Both the position numbers and the translations under genes were made by a program. DNA of 64,000 nt, taken from NCBI GenBank assembly GCA_002269645.1, contig NIVC01001880.1:62001-126000 (forward strand), read 5' to 3'. The DNA is from Macrostomum lignano. Lineage: Eukaryota. The notes beneath the pieces were generated by a model. The model did no database searches, was not told where the DNA came from, and was given only the letters and a program-made list of their open reading frames with translations. Shown piece after piece: positions 55,601-64,000 of the stretch. Position 1 is the stretch's first letter. Each line of letters opens with the position of its first letter.

Positions 55601-57721
55601 TGCTTGTGTCAGGAGTGACCGCATACTTGTGTCAGGAATGACCGCATGCTTGTGTCAGGAATGACCGCATGCTTGTGTCAGGAGTGACCGCATGCTTGTG
55701 TCAGGAATGACCGCATGCTTGTGTCAGGAGTGACCGCATACTTGTGTCAGGAGTGACCGCATGCTTGTGTCAGGAGTGACCGCATGCTTGTGTCAGGAGT
55801 GACCGCATGCTTGTGTCAGGAGTGACCGCAAGCTTGTGTCAGGAGTGACCGCATGCTTGTGTCAGGAGTGACCGCATACTTGTGTCAGGAATGACCGCAT
55901 GCTTGTGTCAGGAATGACCGCATGCTTGTGTCAGGAATGACCGCATGCTTGTGTCAGGAATGACCGCATGCTTGTGTCAGGAGTGACCGCATGCTTGTGT
56001 CAGGAGTGACCGCATGCTTGTGTCAGGAGTGACCGCATGCTTGTGTCAGGAATGACCGCATACTTGTGTCAGGAGTGACCGCATTCTTGTGTCAGGAGTG
56101 ACCGCATGCTTGTGTCAGGAGTGACCGCATACTTGTGTCAGGAATGACCGCATGCTTGTGTCAGGAATGACCGCATGCTTGTGTCAGGAATGACCGCATG
56201 CTTGTGTCAGGAATGACCGCATGCTTGTGTCAGGAGTGACCGCATACTTGTGTCAGGAGTGACCGCATGCTTGTGTCAGGAGTGACCGCATGCTTGTGTC
56301 AGGAATGACCGCATGCTTGTGTCAGGAGTGACCGCAAGCTTGTGTCAGGAGTGACCGCATGCTTGTGTCAGGAGTGACCGCATGCTTGTGTCAGGAGTGG
56401 ATATGGCAGGGGTCAGGGGTGACTCTGATTTATCATGCTTGACACATGTGTGTCAGAAGTGATCCGTTGTGTGTCAGCAGTCGGGAACCCGAAGGCCAGT
56501 CACAGTCGGAACCAGCCGCCCGCCGCCACCACCCAGGAATCCACAAGCCAGGACTTCCGCCGCATGTGGCAGTTCATGGAGGCCAACCCGAACGTGTTTG
56601 TGGACACCATCCAGGAGGGGGTGAACCGGGTGCTCAACTCCAACAATGACTACGCCTTCCTGCTGGAGAGCACAATGAACGAGTACTACTCGCAGCAGAA
56701 CTGCCGCACCATGAAGGTTGGCGGCAACCTCGAAAGCGGCCGCGGCTACGGCATCGCCACGCCCAGCGGCTCCGACCTGCGCGACCCCATCAACCTGAAT
56801 GTGCTGCAGCTCAAGGAGAAGGGCGACATCAGCGCCCTGCAGACCAAGTGGTGGTACGAGAAGCAGGGCTCCTGCCCCAACCAGGAGAAGGACGACGCCA
56901 AGGTGAGCCATGAATTGCTAATCTAGCCTATCATGGATGCAGGAATAGAATGGATTGCTAATCTAGCCTATCATGGATGCAGGAATGGAATGGATTGCTA
57001 ATCTAGCCTATCATGGATGCAGGAATAGAATGGATTGCTAATCTAGCCTATCATGGGTGCAGGAATAGAATGGATTGCTAATCTAGCCTATCATGGATGC
57101 AGGAATAGAATGGATTGCTAATCTAGCCTATCATGGGTGCAGGAATAGAATGGATTGCTAATCTAGCCTATCATGGGTGCAGGAATAGAATGGATTGCTA
57201 ATCTAGCCTATCATGGGTGCAGGAATAGAATGGATTGCTAATCTAGCTTATCATGGGTGCAGGAATAGAATGGATAGCTAATCTATCTCTTCCCCCCCCC
57301 CCACCCAGAAAAACTCTGCGCAGTCGCTGGAGCTGCAGAGCGTGGCTGGCCTGTTCTACATCCTGGTGGCCGGCACCGCCTTCGGCGTGGTGCTCTCCCT
57401 GCTGGAGTTCGGCTACCGCTGCGCCCTGCTTGCTAAGCGCAAGAAGGTAGAGGGAATTATGAACTGAAAACAGACCAAGAAAGACCCCATAAAGCGCAAA
57501 TGCTGTCGGCACTACTTTTGTTAATCTATTCAGTAGCTACTGCAATTTGCATTCAGCCGCCGCCACCGCCACCCCATCCGCTTCATGTTCTGCAGCGCAG
57601 CTTCCGCGAGGTGGCCCGCGACATGCTGATCCTGTCCACCAGGGGCCGCCTGACCGTCGAGTGCCCGCACGAGAGCAGCGATCTCATCGACGGCGGCGCC
57701 AGCCGGCGGTTTTTGAAGTGA
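43618..57721 (+). CDS. GRIA: Ionotropic glutamate receptor, AMPA-type, 12 coding exons
   Basis: Exons 43618-43729, 48376-48591, 49125-49472, 51448-51656, 52630-52683, 52767-52943, 53393-53674, 54246-54572, 54786-55346, 56537-56902, 57323-57446, 57596-57721 (start codon tentative). Contains a signal peptide, [79 protein letters not shown] and M4 [11 protein letters not shown]. Confidence 0.93.
43740..45640. repeat. 19-bp intronic minisatellite (GATGCATGAGTTGGTGAGT), about 95 copies
   Basis: 5' half of receptor intron 1; each unit contains TG|GTGAGTGA. Confidence 0.97.
45982..48362. repeat. 23-bp intronic minisatellite (GCTACGAATCCCCACACTCCACA), about 100 copies
   Basis: 3' half of receptor intron 1; each unit junction forms CACTCCRCAG. 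Confidence 0.97.
48790..49070. repeat. 10-bp repeat (TGTCACTATC)
   Basis: Receptor intron 2. Confidence 0.85.
49497..50660. repeat. 21-bp minisatellite (GATGCAGTGTCCGGTTGGGAT) with ~248-bp higher-order repeat
   Basis: Receptor intron 3; the same variant block recurs at ~49863, ~50111 and ~50380. Confidence 0.95.
51190..51378. repeat. 30-bp repeat (GGTTGCTAAGGCCGCACAAATCTGAAATTC)
   Basis: About 6 copies; shorter GTTGCTAAG repeats at 51098-51145. Confidence 0.85.
51825..52620. repeat. 28-bp minisatellite (TTGGTTTCTTAGAAATCTCTCCAAGATA), degenerate at the edges
   Basis: Receptor intron 4; the unit contains the near-palindrome TTTCTTAGAAA. Confidence 0.9.
53095..53383. repeat. 23-bp minisatellite (CACTCTAGAGACACTCCCACCTT)
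   Basis: Receptor intron 6, abutting the acceptor. Confidence 0.9.
53685..54170. repeat. 12-bp repeat (CTGACCCACTGC / CTGACACACTGC)
   Basis: Receptor intron 7. Confidence 0.88.
55445..56398. repeat. 23-bp minisatellite (GTGTCAGGAGTGACCGCATGCTT), about 41 copies
   Basis: Receptor intron 9. Confidence 0.96.
56914..57287. repeat. 40-bp minisatellite (TTGCTAATCTAGCCTATCATGGATGCAGGAATAGAATGGA)
   Basis: Receptor intron 10; about 9 copies. Confidence 0.95.
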
Positions 57722-57769
57722 CTCAGCGGGACTCTCGATGGGCTGGAGAAAGAGGCAGACAACGAAGAA

Positions 57770-58015
57770 AAGAGGGGAAGAGAGAGGGAGACAGCGGGGA
57801 TGAGGGGAAGAGAGAGGGAGACAGCGGGGATGAGGGGAAGAGAGGGGAAGAGAGAGGGAGACAGCGGGGAGAGAGGGGGCAGACAGCAGGGGAGGGAGAG
57901 ACAGCGGGGAGGGAGAGACAGCGGGGAGGGAGAGACAGCGGGGAGGGAGAGACAGCGGGGAGGGAGAGACAGCGGGGAGGGAGAGACAGCGGGGAGGGAG
58001 AGACAGCGGGGCAGA
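57770..58015. repeat. Purine-rich 18-bp repeat (GGGAGAGACAGCGGGGAG)
   Basis: 3' of the receptor stop codon. Confidence 0.88.
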
Positions 58016-58320
58016 GCAAACCAAGCTGGAGGCACTGAAGCCTATCGATGCTACTCATTAACAGAAGTAGAAATGCACGGATTCGACTGAAAAAATATAC
58101 ACTCGCAATTCTCGATCGTAGACAAGCTGGTTGTTGAGCTCCTTCCATTAAATCCGGAATTGACTTTTATAGGTTGGTTTTATTGTCTGATTTTTAATTA
58201 AAAAATCAATAAACGATCAAAAATGAATCTTTTAATCAATATAAACTGACATGTTCCAACTGCACTACTTGCTAGCAGTACAAACATAAGTGAATCAGTA
58301 GTAAAATTTGCGCCAGCGAT

Positions 58321-60622
58321 TTACAGCCGCTGGTCGGTCGGCCGCACGAGGACGTCGTCGACTTGCATTCGCTGCGGCGCGGTCAGCGCGAACACGACGG
58401 CGTCGGCCACGTCGCCAGGCTGCAGCATGCGGACACCGGCGACGCCCGGCCGGCCGGCCTGCCCGGGCGTGGTCAGACTGGCGTGGAACGGCGTGTCAAC
58501 CAGGCCGGGGCTGATGTTGGTGACGCGCGCCGGGGAGCCGAGGGCGCGCAGCTCCAGGCGGGTGCCGTCAGCCACGGCGCGCAGGGCGAACTTCGTGGCT
58601 GAGTAGAAGTGGCCGTTGCGCTCGGCGAAGCTGGGCCCCGTGTCCATGGCAACCGGAACCCGGTGGGCCGACAGGCTGGCGATGTTCAGCACGTGGCCCT
58701 GGCGGCATGGCGGACAGGGGCGCGGCTGTCACATTTTCTTTTTTCGATACATATCGGTCGATAGATATGAGGACAAAGCATTCGCCCCAGATGTACATCA
58801 GACTACAGAATGTGCAACAGTGGTATTGCTCCTAGAATGAACTTCCAAACTTAAAAAATTGCGCTGGTAGTTAAAGTTTAGCAACACTAGAGAGTCTATC
58901 TATTCCGGACATTTTCGGACACGCTTGAGAAATTACCGGACACATTTCAGAGACTGTTGGACACTGAGAAATCTCGGGCTCTATGGTGGAATTTTATAGT
59001 GCATCTCCAACACCTAAGTAATCTCGCAATCTCGGATACCCAAATGAATCTTGGACGCCCACGGAAACTCGGGCATACCTAACTTTCGGACAACATGCGA
59101 TCCCGGACACCCTAGATCATCTCGGACCTCAGGATCTCAGACAGCTTGGGGTCTCGGACACCTTGGGATCTTAGACACCTTGGGATCTTGGACTCTTCAG
59201 GGATATTGGACACACCCTAGGCAATCTCGGACACATCCTTGGGAATCTCGGACACACCCTTGGGAATTCCGGACACACCCTTAGGAATCTCGGACACACC
59301 CTTGGGAATCTCGGACACACCCTTGGGAATCTCAGACACAACCTTTGCGATCTCGGACACCAAAGGCGCACAGGCTACCCGTCACAAACCTGTTCGGCCT
59401 TCCGGGCGTGCAGGGCGGCCAGAAAGTCGCGGCTCAGCGCAGTGGCGGCCAGCAGGTTGACGGCCAGCATGTGCGACCAGTCCGCGGTGCTGCCCTGCAG
59501 CAGGCTGGTCGGCCGCGTCATACCGGCGTTGTTCACCAGGATTGAGGCGTCGCCGTGGGCCTCCTTCACTCGCTGCATCAGCGAGTCCACCTGGGCAGTG
59601 TCGGACAGGTCGCAGGGAAACGGACTGAACCTGGGGATTGCCGGCCGGCTTAGTGGATCAGCAGGCTGGAACACCCACTCCTTCATCCCACACCCACTTC
59701 TTAATCCCCTTCATCCCACACCCACTCCTTCATCCCACACCCACTTCTTAATCCCCTTCATCCCACACCCACTCCTTCATCCTTCATCCCACCCAATCCT
59801 TCATCCTTCATCCCACCCACTCCTTCATCCTTCATCCCACCCACTCCTTCATCCTTCATCCCACCCACTCCTTCATCCTTCATCCCACCCACTCCTTCAT
59901 CCCACACCCACTCCTTCATCCCACACCCACTCCTTCATCCCACACCCACTTCTTAATCCCCTTCATCCCACACCCACTCCTTCATCCTTCATCCCACCCA
60001 ATCCTTCATCCTTCATCCCACCCACTCCTTCATCCTTCATCCCACCCACTCCTTCATCCCACACCCACTCCTTCATCCCACACCCACTCCTTCATCCAAC
60101 ACCCACTCCTTCATCCCACACTCACTTCTTCATCCCACACCCACTCTTTCATCCCACACCCGCTCCTTCATCCCACACCCACTCCTTCATCCCACACCCA
60201 CTCTTTCATCCCACACCCACTCTTTCATCCCACCCACTCCTTCATCCTTCATCCCACCCACTCATTCATCCCACACCTTCTTTCATCCCACACCCACTCC
60301 TTCATTCCAAACCCACTCCTTCACCCCACACCCACTCCTTCATCCCACACGCACTCCTTCATCCCACACCCACTCCTTCATCCCACACCCACTCCTTCAC
60401 CCCACACCCACTCCTTCATCCCACACTTCTCCACTATCAATTTGCGCACCTGGCTCCGGGATGCTGCTCCGACCAGCCGGCCGCCAGCTTCTCCATGGCA
60501 TCGGCCGAGCGGGCCACGCCCACCACGTTGACGCCGTGGCCAAGGAGGGCCTCGCAGACGGCGGCCCCGATGCCGCTGCTGGCGCCCGTCACTACCGCCA
60601 AGCTGCCGCGCCAGCGCTCCAT
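58321..60622 (-). CDS. DHRS11: Short-chain dehydrogenase/reductase, DHRS11 / farnesol dehydrogenase-like
   Basis: Exons 60622-60450, 59630-59390, 58698-58321, phase consistent. Motifs MERWRG.LAVVTGASSGIG, ILVNNAG, N.AS, catalytic YSATK, ISPGLVDT, and VVFAL.AP..MQV.DV.VRPT.Q. Confidence 0.88.
59070..59360. repeat. 21-bp minisatellite (CTCGGACACACCCTTGGGAAT)
   Basis: DHRS11 intron 2. Confidence 0.85.
59673..60425. repeat. C-rich minisatellite (CCTTCATCCCACACCCACT)
   Basis: DHRS11 intron 1; G-rich on the sense strand. Confidence 0.93.
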
Positions 60623-60859
60623 CTGTGCTGATTGATAGGCCTGATAAGCTTTCAGAAAATTGCTAAACTCTCGCTGAGCTCGGTCTGAAAGCGGGCTGGC
60701 TGCGGGTTTCAGGCAAATGATTTGCCCTCAGCGAATTTCTTTGAGTGACTACTTGAACGCATTGGTGTTGGATGCCTGCAAAACTGATCTTTGGGGTCAA
60801 GCAAGTTCAGATCGTTTAGGGTCAAATTGCTTACGAAACTTAAGGTCAAGTGGAATAAA

Positions 60860-61150
60860 GTCAACTAGCCTGAGGTCAAGGGGGGTCAGATGGGTGGAGT
60901 GAGGTCAAGGGAGGTCAAGGGAGGTCAGATGGGTGGAGTGAGGTCAACTGGATTGAGGTCAGATGGGTGGAGTGAGGTCAACTGGAGTGAGGTTAAGGGA
61001 GGTCAAGGGAGGTCAGATGGGTGAAGTGAGGTCAACTGGAGTGAAGTCAAGGGAGGTCAGATGGGTGGAGTGAGGTCAACTGGAGTGAGGTCAAGGGAGG
61101 TCAGATGGATGAAGTGAGGTCAAATTGGTGGAGTGAGGTCAACTGAGGTC
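60860..61150. repeat. AGGTCA-rich repeat upstream of DHRS11
   Basis: Units such as GAGGTCAAGGGAGGTCAGATGGGTGGAGT. Confidence 0.88.
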
Positions 61151-62324
61151 AAGTGGTTCAAGATAATAGGAGTCAGGTGGCTCAAGGTCAAATGACGTCA
61201 GTTGTGATGGTTTGATGTTGAATGAGGTCAAGTCAGGTCATCAATTCATGCAGGTCAAACGATTTCGAGTCAGGTTGATATCGGTTCAAGAATAATGGCT
61301 ACTTGTTAATGCAATATACAGTAGTATGTCCTGAGTAAATTTTGAATTGCAGGCAATTAAATTTGAATCTCTAATCAGCAAGCGATGCATCTGGCAAAAG
61401 CAATTCTTTCAAAGCAAAGCAAAACACGAAGTCGAACGAACAGATTTTAAAAACAAGCGAAGCAGCGCCAAGGAAAACTGTTGAGGCCGATGCCGCGAAG
61501 GTCAAATTAATTAATATATATAATTATATGTTTATATTTGTTTTAATCGATATTAATTTATAACAAAAACAAATTCACCAACAAAAGGCTCATCAGTGAT
61601 GCGCGCGTTATAGATGTAAACAAACTGTTACCATGGCTACAGAATGGCGTACAGAATTCGTTATGCAATATTCATTATGCAGGGGATACTGCAGTCTTGA
61701 GTGTGTAGCTCCGAGCAAGGTTTCAAATTTTAATGCGATTTTTCTAGTTGCGATAAACAGGCATAATATATTTGCATAAAGGGAGGGCGAGATGACAGCT
61801 TATAAGGAAATAATTAATATTAATAACAATAAGTTGAAGTCAAATATACTATATCTACTGTATTATTAATAGTCAGACAGGTCAATATCGAATTAAAAAG
61901 TATAACAAATTATGAATATTACAACTCATTAAATACTTAGAATCAATCAAAATGGAGACAGGCGACAGAGGCTTCATGTGGGGACCAATTGTAATCGCGG
62001 GGCAAACAGCAAAGTGTGACATCAAAAACTACACAGTAAAATAAACAATTCAGTTAAACCCGGCGTGACCGGCAGATACTACTGCCCCGTCACTACTATG
62101 AGTAGAGTGGCTGGGGCATGGCGAAAATGAATATCAACAGAAACTCCAGTGTACCAGTGGGATTTGTCCACTTCGCCATCCCCCACCCACAAATTCGTGG
62201 ATCCAACAAAAAAGATTTATTATAGAGATTAGTAAATTAACGATGATTAAACAGTGATAAGATGTGGACTGGGTCCTTGGATTCGCAGTCCATGGCAAAC
62301 AACTATCGGTAATTAGAAATGAGT

Positions 62325-64000
62325 CTAGGTGGCGCTGGCGGCGGCGGGCTGGGCGGCCCGCAGGTCCCGGCACTGCACATGCAGGAACAGCCCCCTGCTG
62401 GCCATCTTGTAGCAGGCCAGGGCGTGAGTCTCCACCAGGCTCTGGTACAGCTGGTCCGCGTCATCCGTGAGGCTGGGGAACGGGTTCACTCCGCACTCGC
62501 CAATCCAGGGTATGTCGGTCAGCAGGTCGTACGGATGACCCTCGGCCGAGTGTCCGGACTCGAATCGCAATAGCTGGCCGTGTCCGAACCGGTTGCTAGG
62601 CGAGTCGCTGGGCTGAGTCTCCTTCACGTAGTCGCGCCGGATGAGGTTGTCGGCGAAGTGCATGATGTCGCGGAAGATCTGCTGGAAATGCGACTGCAGG
62701 CGGTCCAGGTCGCGGTCCACCGCGTCGCGGCCCTGCGGGGTTGGGCGAGAGGCGGGTGCGCAGGGAGTGAAAAGTTCAACTGCTGGTTAACGCGGCGCTT
62801 GAGCTCCTGGGTGATGAAGGTCAGCCGCGCACAGTGCAGCAGTACACGAAAAATGGGTCAACTGTGTTAAGTGGTCAGCTGCCCCCAAGTAAAATAGGCC
62901 AATGAGGAGTGTCATATGACCCCACTGACCTCATGCTGGTAAACTTAGCTAAATATGACCCCCCTGACCTCATGCTGGGTAAACTTAGCTAAATATGACC
63001 CCCTGACCACATGCTGGGTAAACTTAGCTAAATATGACCCCCTGACCTCATGCTGGGTAAACTTAGCTAAATATGACCCCCTGACCTCATGCTGGGTAAA
63101 CTAAAGCTTCAAAAACGACCAGCCCGCATTCTCACCTTGAAATCGTGCGTGAGCAGCAGGTGGGCGCCGGGCAGCTGGAGCAGCAGCCGCTCGGCCAGCG
63201 GGTCGTACTCGCCTAGCGGCCGGAAGCAGACGCTCAGACTGTCGTCTCCGGCGCCGGACTCGCGCTGATCGACACGCCTGGAGGCCATGAGCTCAGCCAG
63301 CTGGCGGTAGAACCGGTGGTAATTGAAGGCGGCACAGGCCACCACGCGGACCCGGCGAAGGCAGCGGCTGGCGTGCAGGTGGAAGTCGCGCAGCCGCGGA
63401 CAGGCCTCGCTGGTGAGGGTGCGGAGCCGGGGGGCGGCGCAGACCAGTGACGTGAGGCCGCAGCGCTCCAGGTGAACAGCGTGCAGCGTAGCGGAGCGCA
63501 GGGTGAGGCAGACGGGCTCCTCGGGCTCCAGCATGCGAAGGTCGTGAGTGTCCAGACAGACGTCGCGGGCCATCCAGAAGTCGCGCTGGTCGGGCTGAAA
63601 CTTCGGCTCCGGCTGGTCGTCGCTGATTTGGCCGTCGCCGGCAGCGCCGAACGACGGGGGAGGCGGCGGCGGGGAAGCCGGGCGGGCCGGACGCGGGTCG
63701 TCGGCGGGGTGGGGCGGCGCGGGCTGGCTGGACTCTGGTGGAGCCTCGGGCGGCAGCACGGAGGTCTGGACGCCGCGGCTGTAGAAGGAGGCGGCTGAAG
63801 TTGCGGAAGAGCCCGACTGCTGCTGCTGCTGCTGCTGGGAATTCTGCACGGGCGGCGCAGGCGAGGCCGGAGGCTGCAGGTGCTGCTGGTGCAGGTGGTG
63901 ATGATGCTGATGCTGCAGCTGCATGGCGGCGGCCGCTGCGGCTGCGATATCGTCGGGCGGATGTCCGAACAGGCGGTTGCGGAAGTAGGGGAAGGCGGCC
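62325..64000 (-). CDS. FBXO38: F-box only protein 38 (MoKA), C-terminal exons; gene continues beyond the window
   Basis: Exon from beyond 64000 to 63136 and last exon ~62732-62325; a small intervening exon near 62800 is possible. Motifs LTLRS.TL..V.L..CGLT.LV, LRRVRV..C, FRPL...D...E..L...P..HL.L.HDF, Y.LLTDIPWI and LFLH..C.D align with the FBXO38 C-terminus. Confidence 0.75.
62915..63103. repeat. ~40-bp intronic repeat (ATATGACCCCCTGACCTCATGCTGGGTAAACTTAGCTAA)
   Basis: FBXO38 intron; about 5 copies. Confidence 0.88.

Overview
Eukaryotic (animal) gene-dense region with GC-rich exons, GT-AG introns that almost all contain their own unrelated minisatellite, and AT-rich CpG-poor intergenic zones. 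This style suggests a free-living flatworm such as Macrostomum (inference only). Genes in order: a secreted PAN/apple + ALK/LTK-type glycine-rich protein (-); an exact 7,224-bp tandem duplication (6715-13938 / 13939-21162) carrying two copies each of a coiled-coil/CHORD-like gene (-) and MOSMO (-); PHKG (+); CIBAR1/FAM92 (-); ENTR1/SDCCAG3-like (+); LZTFL1 (+); a 12-exon AMPA-type glutamate receptor (+); DHRS11-like SDR (-); and the 3' part of FBXO38 (-). Mobile DNA: a tRNA-derived SINE with 12-bp TSD, an internally deleted piggyBac element and a PHD-finger relic. Most notable observations: a 28S rRNA H69-H71-like sequence antisense just downstream of the MOSMO stop codon; tandem arrays of about 95 donor-like and about 100 acceptor-like splice sites in intron 1 of the glutamate receptor; localized TpA enrichment reaching into a first coding exon; minisatellites built from transcription-factor motifs (DR4, CCAAT, X-box-like); and clustering of four cilia/Hedgehog-trafficking genes. 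Gene names come from recalled family motifs, not database searches.
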